Below the pieces are notes generated by a model, which saw only the letters and a program-made list of their open reading frames with translations, was not told the DNA's origin and did not search any database. Below, in pieces: positions 25,740 through 36,900 of a DNA stretch of 64,000 nucleotides. A program made the translations under genes and the position numbers. Every line of letters begins with the position of its first letter. Position 1 is the stretch's first letter. Source of the DNA: Octopus sinensis (Eukaryota); NCBI RefSeq assembly GCF_006345805.1, contig NC_042998.1, positions 68,944,001 through 69,008,000 of the forward strand, in the 5' to 3' direction.

Positions 25740-25920
25740 ACCATCGATGATGGTGAAGCGGTGATTCGAAACCAGACCGCTAAGTAAACGGTCATACATC
25801 ACGACTAAACCACAGTAGTTTTACGAGATCGGTCTATTTAGCAAGCCAATCAGCGTCAAGCTATCGCGTGATTCAATCTTCAAGAATCTTTTTGTACTCC
25901 ATATAAAGCCGCTTTTGGCC
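25740..25920. promoter_or_regulatory. Candidate promoter region (CCAAT, TATA-like)
   Basis: agccaatcag near 25843-25852, atataaa at 25901-25907, elevated CpG, non-repetitive. Confidence 0.35.
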
Positions 25921-26524
25921 CCAGAATTTCTTCGCAGAGTGTTGAGAGTGGCCGACTCTTTCACATGTCTCACCTCTTGCCAGGCAGAATATTGAGGCAG
26001 CAAAGCGATGTGTTCCTGCATTCTTGCCACATCAGACGGTTCCGGATAGGATTTGCCTATATAACTGAATCAAACCAAGGCGGCAAAGTGGCAGGATCGT
26101 TAGCACACGGAGTTAAACAATTAAAATGCTTAGCGATATTTCGTCCGTCTTTATGTTGATTTCAAATTTTGCCGAGGTCCACTTTGCCTTTCATCCTTTC
26201 GGGGTCGATAAAATAAGTACCAATCGAGTGCTGGAGTCGATCTAATCGACTTAGCCTCTCACCTGAACTTATTGGCCTTGTGCCAAATCTTTAAAAACAG
26301 TATGAGTGTATGAAACTTTTGGCACAAAACTTGGAATTTTGAGGGCAGTTGGTAAGTCAGTTACATCGACCTCAATGCGTGACTGGTATTAATTTTATCG
26401 ACCTCGAGAAGGTGAAAAGTAACGTAGCCCTCAGTGGAATTGGAATGCAAAATGTAAAAAGCCGAAAAAAATATCACTAAGCATTTTCTTCGCTGTGACT
26501 GGCGGTCGTGCCATCTCGATGTAT

Positions 26525-26614
26525 TATATGGCGTAGTGGTTAAGAGCGCGGGCTATTAACCCCAAGATTCCGAGTTCGATTCCAAGCAGTGACCGGAATA
26601 ATAATAATAATAAT

Positions 26615-26649
<35 letters not shown>

Positions 26650-26835
26650 ACAACAACAACAACAACAACAACAACATCGAAAAATATCTTAGGAATTAGA
26701 ACACAGGTTCGAAATTTCCCCAAGACACCTGATGAAGGCTGGAAGATATATCAGCCGATACGTTGTGTTAACAACAAACAAGATGACAAATATCCATCAA
26801 ATGTAAATAACGTACATAATTCCTCATCTCTTAAG
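26525..26835 (+). mobile_element. tRNA-headed, hammerhead-containing SINE-like element (family A)
   Basis: A box TGGCGTAGTGG 26529-26539, B box GAGTTCGATTCC 26572-26583, (AAT)n/(AAC)n linker, then hammerhead and AT-rich tail; related copies at 915-1050 and 56221-56510. Confidence 0.75.
26724..26769 (+). ncRNA. Minimal hammerhead (family A) inside a tRNA-headed element; GAAA mutated to GATA
   Basis: gacac-CTGATGA-a-ggctg(gaagatatat)cagcc-GATAC-GTT-gtgtt. Confidence 0.65.
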
Positions 26836-27599
26836 TATAGAACTATCATTCTTTTATTTGTTTCAGTTATTTGATTGTGGCCATGCTGGTGCACCGCCTT
26901 TTGATGATGATGATGTCAAGAAGTAGGATGGGGGGACAAACACAAATACTGACACATACACCTACTATTCCTTCTGTAGATTACGATTATTATTACACCG
27001 AGCCTCCTGAAACAGCTGTCGAGTTAAGCAATTATGTATTCTCCTTTTAATATTCTGTATTTTTATGCTCTTATAAATGTATATATATGTGTATGTGTGC
27101 GTGCGCGTGTGTATAATCATCGGGCTTTAGTCGGCCCGGAGCTATAGTGGAAAACACTTGCCCACAGTGCCGCGTAGTGGGAGTGATCCCAAACCACATG
27201 GTGGGGAAGCAAGCTTTTCAGAAAGTTATAAGGAAACTAAAGCAGGGGTTGGAGTTCTCTTGTGTAGCTATGCCGGATGACACAATGTTATATATTTTGG
27301 TAAAGTGGTTCAATGGATTATATCAACGACCCCAGAACCTGACTGATGTTTATTTTTTATTAAAAAAAATGGAAGGATGAAAAGCGAACTTGACTTCGGT
27401 GGGTACGAATCCGTTACAAGGTGGGTCGACCGATTTAGAAAATTATTATAGCCAAGTCTCCTTCATATCGTTCCGACCGTCTCAAATATGAATACATTGG
27501 ATAATTATAGTCCCTGACAACCTTTGGAAAGATGTGGCGGTCACCGATGGAAAGCCGTTAACCACAAGCATATTGGGGGTCTGCTCGATCAGGCTGAAC

Positions 27600-27870
27600 G
27601 ATGCTGGTGTTGTTGCTGCTGCTGCTGCTGTGCTGTTGTTGTTGTTGATGATGATGATGATGATGATGGTGGTGATCATGATGATGATGGTGGTGGTGGT
27701 GGTGGCTGCGGCGGCGACGACAACGATGATGATGATGATGGTGGTGGTGGTGGTGGTGCTGGCTGTGGTGGTGGTGGCTGCGGCGGCGACGACAACGATG
27801 ACGATGATGATGATGATAGTGGCTGAGGTGGCGGCGACGACGATGATGATGATGATGATGATGATGATCG
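27600..27870. repeat. Compound trinucleotide field (GCT, GTT, GAT, GGT, GGC)
   Basis: Direct reading, with a repeated ggtggctgcggcggcgacgacaacgatg unit. Confidence 0.92.
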
Positions 27871-28019
27871 TAGTATTTATAAATAGACGTTTAAAAACAA
27901 TTGCCGTCCAGGCAGACAAATATAGACAATCGATATGTGAAGACAGAAGGCATTTGGGAAACTTCCAGAAGGTAGAAAAATAAGTACGTACATAATAAAT
28001 ATAGCTGACATGAAATGAC

Positions 28020-28820
28020 AAGTGGCGAGAAAAGAAATAGAAAGAGGCTAGAGAGAGGGGGAGTAAAGAGAGTGAGAAGACAAGAGAGGGGAGAGAAACA
28101 AAGATAGAATAGAGAGAGTGAGAGGTAAATGAAGAGAGAGAGAGTGGGAGATAAATGAAGAACGAGGGAGTGGAGAAGAGTAGATGAAGAGAGTAAAAGA
28201 ATGATATGTATATTCTGAGAGAGTGATGGGGATGAGGTAATAAAATAGTGAGAGACAGAGGGCAAAAGAGAAAGACTAAGAAATAGCGGTTGAAAAGAGT
28301 AAGACATAGTAAGGGGGAGAGAAAGAAATAGTAAGAGAATAACGTAAAGAGATGTAAGGATAAATAAAGGGAGTGGTAGAGTATGAAATACTAAGGAAAA
28401 GATTGATAGAGAGAGAAGGGTAGAAAGACATACCAAAATATGGAGTGAAAAAAAGAAATACAAAGAAATTGAGAGAAAGATAGAGGGGAAGAAGAGAGAG
28501 AAATACAAATAGACTGTTGTAGAGAGGGGGAGAAGTGAAATAAAGTTTAGAAGATTGTAGAAAGGACAGAGGGAAGAAACAGAGAGACTAAAAGATATAG
28601 AGAGGGAAATTAAGAAAGACGAGAAATAAATACTGAAAGATAGAGGGAAAGCTATAGAAGAAATAGAGAAATACTAAGACGGAGAAAAAAATAGGTTAGA
28701 AAGAGGGTAAAAAAGAAAAGGGAGAAAGGAAAGAAATACTAAGAGATATATTGGGGAGGAGTGAAATACATTTATAATGAGGCTAGAAGGAATTTCATGA
28801 AGATAAGAGAGAGAGGAGGT
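28020..28820 (+). repeat. ~800-bp GA-rich polypurine low-complexity tract
   Basis: Strong purine strand bias by direct reading. Confidence 0.9.
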
Positions 28821-28854
28821 TAGTGTTGTCATGTAAACGAATATGACAGTGTAA

Positions 28855-28950
28855 ACGAAATAGCCAATCAGGTTACGTTACGTCACGCATAGTTAATGTT
28901 ATTCTATTGCTATCACTCTTATCACTTCTCTGATCAGATCGAAGGTGTGT
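28855..28950 (+). promoter_or_regulatory. Candidate Pol II promoter (CCAAT box plus CRE-like site)
   Basis: agccaatcag at 28862-28871 and ttacgtca at 28878-28885 in locally CpG-containing unique sequence upstream of the candidate first exon. Confidence 0.45.
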
Positions 28951-29059
28951 GCATCGTTCGTGTTGGTCTCTGTTCTATATTTACAGGCTTGACAGGAAAA
29001 CCAGTCATAAATAACAACATAAATATAATATATAATCAATCACATTGAAAAGAAAAAGA

Positions 29060-29116
29060 ATGGCTTGTCCTTCGTTGCAAACAATTATAGAAGATATCAC
29101 ATGTAATACAGACAAG
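29060..29116 (+). CDS. Candidate first coding exon ([19 protein letters not shown])
   Basis: ATG in an A-rich leader, 19 open codons, strong donor AAG|gtgaga, about 200 bp downstream of CCAAT and CRE-like motifs. Confidence 0.45.
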
Positions 29117-31464
29117 GTGAGATTTATCGAAAATTACATTCATCGATTATATATTGAAATTTATGCATAATATATTTATTTATGTTTACTATATCTTTCA
29201 ATAATAATTCAATATGTGTAATATGTAACATAAATCAAGGGAGATTCATATTGATATTGTATTAATTATTTTTAATTAATACATGTTATTTCTATAGCTT
29301 AACTGAAAGCATTGAATTGATGGGCCCTCGTTAATGTTTCCCTACATGATCACTCAATTTGCAGGGTACCTTCTACCAAAGCCTTGTGTGTGGATCAGGT
29401 AGATGGAAACTGAAAGAAGCCCGTTGGATTTGTGTGTGTGTGTGTCTGCGTTTGTCCCCCGCCACGCTTAACAACTGGTGTTGTATATTAACGTGTCCCC
29501 CCCTTAAATTAGCGGTTCGACAAAGTAGACGGATAAATTCTATCGGTGTATTTTATAACCAGGCTTTAAAAAACTTTGACTATAAAATTCTACAAAGCGG
29601 TGCTCCAGCATGGGCGCAGTCTAATGATTGAAACAAGTAAATATAAAAAGAATGTGTCGCCCGCCACCCCCTCTTTCCTGTAGACTGTTAATTGTGCTTA
29701 AAAGTAGGAAGGGCGTCTGGTTCTTATAGTGGTAATGACATTGAAAGCGGGGGTAAAGAATACGTACACCAACGGATTTCAGCGTAACAAAAAAAAAATC
29801 CTGACCCTTACCCCTAACCACCGGGTGTACGTATTCTTTACCTTCTCCGACATTGAATATTGAAGTCTTAGATACGACTGTGTCCTAAATAACCAAACAA
29901 TGCTGGTAGTTATAGCAGAACTGTACCTTTGATCTTAATTAAATGTTGCCTTGCTGCACGATCAGGCCTTATGGTTAAATAAAGACGATGTTATTTTGTG
30001 TGTTAGGTCAAAACAAGATTAAATAAAATTCAAAACATATTTGAATATTTAATCAGCAGAAGTTATACAGTGACTCAAGGGACGAGAATTTCGTAAATGG
30101 TATTTATTGAACTGGTTTGAAATTTGGGAGTCTGCTGTTAAGTTAAATAAATTGATTTCTAAAGATAATTATATACAAACAAGGAAAGGAGAGAAAAAAA
30201 AAAGAGAGAGTACTTTGTATGTAAAACATGATTAAAGTGTGAGGGTTAGAAAATATTCGGCTCTAAACAAATTTAATTTATTGTAATTATAAATGTGCAT
30301 AAATCCTTCGGTGATGGTTTCTCAAAACTGAAACTTATTTGTTCGGCAATTTCCGTCAAAAATTATATTTCTTTAATTTTTAATTTCTTTTTTTTTTCAG
30401 TTTGTACGTATGTATGTGTGATAGAGAGAGAGAGAGACCGTGTTTTTCACTGTTCAATTGTAAAAAAAAATAATTAAGGAAACAAAAAAAATTTATGTGA
30501 GACTATCTCCAAAAGATCGACTAGTATTTATAATTACAACTGTAATTCTCAAGTAGTTACACGATCACAATAGAAAGTAATCAGGCGACTACAGTACCTT
30601 AACTTTAAATTACTCTGTTGTAATTAAACTGTTGTAATTACTCAACATAACATAGTCTAGTTCTCTCTATTTTTGTTCGAAACCAAATGAAAGTTCTTAT
30701 GACAATGTTGCAAAAATTACATTTGTTATTGTTGTATAAAATTGGTTCATATTTATATCATCGGTACAGTAATTATAAATTTATTTTTATTTCAGTTTTG
30801 AAATTTCATGATAATGGAATAATGAATACTAAAATATTGTATTAGATTAAAATAAAATTAAATAATAATAATACAAACTTTCTCATGTTTGTACTTGCAA
30901 TAAATATATATGATAGATCTTATTGATAACAATAGTACTGTTTAACTAGCAATTATTTACTCGAAAACCTTAATTCTATATTAGGTATTTAGACATTTAT
31001 AAATTTTCGGCATGACCAAATCACACAATAGTTAACACAAACACACACACAAACATAAACATAATGGTATTAAGATGTAATTTATGGCAGGAATAGCAGT
31101 TTCCTCTCCAGCCAGGAATCTTCAGACTTACAAAGAATTGATAACTAGATGTTGAGGGAAAGGGTTAGGTTTTGGCTTGGAAGAGCTTAGATTGTATATG
31201 ATGTGGAGTAGATGGTTCTGTCTCAGTTTTTTTTTTTGTGATGGGGGGGGGGGGTAGAATGGTCGGTATTTCGTTTTTATCTAATATATGCGGCGGCGGC
31301 GGCGGTGGTGGTGGACAACAATTTCTTTTACTTGATTACGTATGTTATGTGCGTTGCTAGGCATTACTGGACTACATTAAACAATCCAATAATTCTACTC
31401 TACATGTTTCTCAGTTAAGGATACAAAATAAATACACACGCATACATACTGTATAGATTTCTCG

Positions 31465-31500
<36 letters not shown>

Positions 31501-32073
31501 AAGTGTACATCAATGGCAATATGTGTATACATGAATTTGATGAATAAAGTGTATTCTACACATTGTGGTGGAGAGATTTACTGCTTGCTCTGTTGTTTAA
31601 TCTCTCTCTCTCTCTCCCTTTATCTTTCTATCTCCTAATTTTTATTCTTTGTTTTACTCTCTCTTCTTTCTCTAATTTTTCTCTCTTCTTCCAGATAACA
31701 AAACGTAACTAACTTCATTCCATTCTTTTATGCTGTCTGATAGCTCCTTTAACAACTGCTTTGATCGATCGCTGGATAGATAGATATATAGATAGATAAT
31801 TTCGTTTTGGGATTTGGTTTGCAAGATTCTTTATGTAAGCATATTCTGTTGTGTCTGGGGAGAGTCATTTTCTTTTTGTGTCTTATAATTTAACACACTC
31901 ACCAGATAAAATTTCCTCTTAACCCTAACCCTAAGTGGAAATTTTACCGGTGAGTGTGTTAAATTATAAGGCACAAAAAGAAACTGACTCTCCTCCCCAG
32001 ACACAACAGAATAGATAGATTGATTGATTAGACACACACACACTCATTTGAGGTTAATAAGATAAACGTGTAT

Positions 32074-32139
<66 letters not shown>

Positions 32140-33869
32140 GTAGTAGCCCTCAATCTGTTTAAGTTGGTTACGGAAATTTCCGCACCTAGTTAAGAGAAAT
32201 TCCACGCATAGTAGTCTATAAATATATGTGTGTGTATTTATATATGCACACAAAGACAGGTGGGGCTTTTTTTTTTTTTTTTTTTTTGCATATTTCAGTA
32301 AATTCCTTTTTTATTGTAATTTCCAAAATCTGTAATCTGTGGTAAATTCAATTTTATTGTATAAAAATTCAAAATTGTATAAAATCATAAAATTACAATT
32401 TTTTAAAAATTAGAGAACTGGCGGTGCCCCAGCATGGCCACAACTCAAGAGCTGAAACTGGAAAACAAAGCATAAACATAAATACAAAGGAAAAAGTTAA
32501 TCATCATTATCATAATTATAACCAGAACCTCTATCTGCCAGGGAGTGGAAGTGGTTTGTCTTGGGAGAAATGGTAGAAGAGCGCTGTGAGTGATTGCCTT
32601 CCCCCCAACGCCTTTCTCATAGAGGAGACAGATAGAGGAATCAGTCGCTGCACTTGGCTGGGTTTTTATCGATATTTAAAGATAAGAGGTTAAGTTTATC
32701 TAGGCAAGATGCATTGAGACGGTAGAAATACCGCAAAATAATTTGGTCCGCCTTCTTATTTCTGCCAATCGATCGACCTCCTATTTTGGAATACAATATT
32801 GATAATAAATGTCGGCAACCTTCCTTGATTAAGTGTGTGCACGTATATGATAATATGTGCGTACGTGTATATATGTATGTGTGCATACAATAATGTGTAT
32901 ATATATATATATTTGTAGGTCCCGGGTTGAGTCGGGGTTAACCACAGTAAGTAAGGTACTCAATACATGGCAGAGTAAATTAATTTATTTTATAGTCCTG
33001 TAGAAGCTCCTTCTATAAAATAAGTATTTGTTTTCCACCTGCCTTCGTCTTTTGTCTATTTTCATAAAGCTTCCCGTTATATATATATATATATATATAT
33101 ATATACAAGATTATGTTGTTTATGTAGCTGTCTTCGACATTTTTTTCACATTATTTACATTGCGTAGTATATATATATATATATTAATTGATATTAATGA
33201 ATATTAAATTTAATTCTAGTTCTGGCCTGTTTTGGAGTTGTGGATGCCAAAATGGTAAAATAAGGAATAATTATATGTGCATAAATAGCATTAAAATGGT
33301 CAAACATATTCAAATAGCAGGAAGAGAAAAATAAGTGAGATTGTTGGTATTGATTACTGGTAGCACCATTACAAGACTGCTGGAATCTGGAACATACAAC
33401 ATGAGTGGTTCCTGTTGTATAATGAGTGCTGTTGCCTGGTAGAAGTAGCAACTAAATCTTTCTGACATCACATCGTAATGTCACTGGGAAGGACACATTG
33501 AATAATGTAGTTCTAGATATAAGGTGTGTCATAGTTGGGGCACTTATGATCATAGGTCTGTCTGATAATTAATGGTTGGCCTGTGGCTAAACAACAATAG
33601 CAAGCATAAGTGAAATATTCTGTAACTGAGGTCTCTGAAAATGGTCCGAGTTAAAAGACACGTATTCTGTCTATATATATATTATTTTATTTGTTTCCGT
33701 CATTTGACTGCAGCCATGCTGGAGCACCGCCTTTAGTCGAAGATTTCGACCCCAGGACTTATTTTTTGTAAACCTAGTACTTATTCTAGCGGTCTGTTTT
33801 GCTGAACTGCTAAGTTACAGGGACATAAACTCGCCAACATCGGTTGTCAAGCGATGGTGGGGATGACAA

Positions 33870-33904
<35 letters not shown>

Positions 33905-36900
33905 CCACACACACACACACATGTATATAGACACATACATATATACCACACACTCACGTATATATGTATGTGTCTATATTCATTTATATGTGTGTGTGAG
34001 AGAGAGAGAGAGAGAGAATAAAGGATTAAATACAAATTCCAAGTCTTAACGTATTTCTTTATTAGTGTGTTCAAAGTTTAGCAGTGTGTCTGTCTTTTGT
34101 TATTCATGTCACAGTTTAAACAAGTGACAAGATTTACATGTAAGGCAGTATGAACACAAATGGCTGCTTGTCCGTTCTGCGTTGAATACAAATACACACT
34201 ATTAAGTGCCTCATTACAAGATGTTCAAGACCTTTCCCATTCGCTCGGAACAAGAAGGAATGGTCTTTTCACTTAAGTGTTTCTTATTAATGATTGTAAA
34301 GGAACAGGATATTAGGGTTAAAGCCATTTACGTGATTTACAGAGAATTTGTTAATGGCGTCTTAATGGTGACAGTGGAAAACAAACCAACTATCATCACG
34401 ATTTGGTATTAATCTTAATTGTATATAAAATTGTTTTATTGTATTGGTAGAAGGGAAGTGTAGAGTTACATAGATGACGGGATTTCATTGTTAGTGAAAC
34501 CATCAGATCGCATTTAAAAAATGTGTGTGTATGCGTCCACACGCATATACATTATAACAGCCGTTAGCTATCTTCAAATTCCTTCTTTTAAGTGACCGGA
34601 CTCAGCTTTTTTGAGCTTTGCGTCTCCTGGAATGAATATATATATAAAAGTATACACTCACAAAGATTGCGTGTGTATATGTATGTTTGTTTGTACACAG
34701 TAGACATAGACAGAATATAATTGTGTGTGTGTGTGTGTATATATATATAATGTAGAGAGAGAGAGAGAGAATATTGAGTGTGTGTGTGTATATATACACA
34801 CTTACACACGCACAGTCTTATGTGTTTGGCTAGATATGCGTGAGTAGAGAGAGAATATAATTCTGTGTCCATAGATAATGTGATTATAAATTCTTCATTC
34901 CTACTAACATGTCTGATTGTAAATTCTTCATCTCTATTAACATGTTTCTGACATTCCAGCTTTGGACAAATGTTGAATAAAATTTGTTTTTGAAAAAACC
35001 TATGTGTTGTTTTCTTAATCTAACAAATTTATTTCATTCGGTACTATTAATATTTCTCCATGTTTCAAATATTATCACAATCTAAAAGATAGCATGTATA
35101 TGTCTATTTTTGCTTGTCTGTGTGTGTGTGTGTATATCTGTTTCTGCTTGTGTGTGTATATGTCTGTTTCTGCTTGTGTGTATACGTGTCTGTTTCTGCA
35201 TATGTTTGTCTGTGTCTGTTTCTGTGTATGTGTCTGTTTCTGCTTATGTGTGTGTGTGTGTGTCTGTTTCTACATATGTGTGTGTATGTGTCTGTTTCTG
35301 CTTATGTGTGTGTGTGTGTTTCTACATATGTGTGTGTATGTGTCTGTTTCTGCTTATGTGTGTGTGTGTGTCTGTTTCTACATATGTGTGTGTATGTGTC
35401 TGTTTCTGCATATGTGTGTGTATGTGTCTGTTTCTGCTTATGTGTGTGTGTGTGTGTGTCTGTTTCTACATATGTGTGTGTATGTGTCTGTTTCTGCATA
35501 TGTGTGTGTATGTGTCTGTTTCTGCATATGTGTGTGTATGTGTCTGTTTCTGCATATGTGTGTGTATGTGTCTGTTTCTGCATATGTGTGTGTCTGTTTC
35601 TGCATATATGTGTGTCTGTTTCTGCATATGTGTGTATGTGTCTGTTTTTGCATATGTGTGTATGTGTCTGTTTCTGCATATGTGTGTGTATGTGTCTGTT
35701 TCTGCATATGTGTGTGTATGTGTCTGTTTCTGCATATGTGTGTGTATGTGTCTGTTTCTGCATATGCGTGTGTCTGTTTCTGCATATGTGTGTGTATGTG
35801 TCTGTTTCTGCATATGCGTGTGTATGTGTCTGTTTCTGCATGTGTGTGTATAGACACACATACACACACTGTGTATTGGAGAGTGAGACTTGCCACTTGC
35901 ATCTACATGTGCAATATAACTGCTGCTATGTATTACTGCAGCAAGCAGCTATTGATAATTTATGCAGCCCTGGAGAACTACTTTTCTCTGCACGTTAGTG
36001 TTTGAATGCCTGCATATAGACATACCTCTGTGTGTAGGTGTGTTTGTCTGTGCTGCAATGTGGAGACTGAATGTGCATATATAATGTTTTTGTTAGTACA
36101 CGTGTGTGTGTGTGTGTGTCTATATGCCTATATGTATATGTTTATATAACTTTTTTGTTACATATTTATAAACACGTGTGTGTGTGTGAACATATTACAT
36201 GTGTGTGTGGTGGAATTCTGGTTTGAGCACCACCACCCCTATAACCCCTCCATAACTTTATTTTTTCAAATTTTCCGAATATTCTTACGAATCTGTATTC
36301 GACACTAGGGAATTCATACAATTATAATGAAGAAAAAAATTTTTGCTTTTAATATTTTTAACACCCCTACAAATCCTAAAATTTCCACTGTTTTTCAAAT
36401 TAAAAAAAAATCAGTTTAAAATATGGGTAGTTTGAATTTTGTGCTTCAATCCCAGCAGTGGACCATCCTTGGATGCATCAGCATTCAATTAAATATGTTT
36501 ACAGTGAGAAAAATATTGAAAAACATCAATATATGCCAGTGAGAAAGAAACGAGGTAGGTAGTCGAGAGATGTACTAAAAACAAGAGCTAAATCGACCTT
36601 AAATCACACAAAGTTCTTTTTTTAATAAATGTATGAATTCCTGTGCGTAGAACACAAATTCGAAAATAATTTTCTGAGAATTCCAAACAAAATAAAAAAT
36701 AGTTGTGGAGGAGGTTATATGAGATGCTTAAACCAGAATTCCACCGTGTGTGCTTCTACTTATATATGCATACATATGTGTATGTGTCATTGTCATAGTT
36801 TAACGTTCACTTTTCCATGCTGGCATGGGTCGGATGGAATTTGTTGAGGCAGATTTTCTATAACTGGATGCTTTTCTTGTCATTAACTTTTACATATTTC

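Noticed and set aside
25965-26159. 64-aa plus-strand ORF after a TATA-like motif
   Set aside because: No donor site, runs into an S2 SINE, no recognisable product
27482-28021. Asp/Gly-rich or poly-Met/Val ORFs suggesting a biomineral or structural protein
   Set aside because: Compound trinucleotide repeat open in multiple frames, with no splice context or unique domain
35094-36005. Cys-rich 250-300-aa ORFs
   Set aside because: Translation of the TG-derived minisatellite in several frames on both strands
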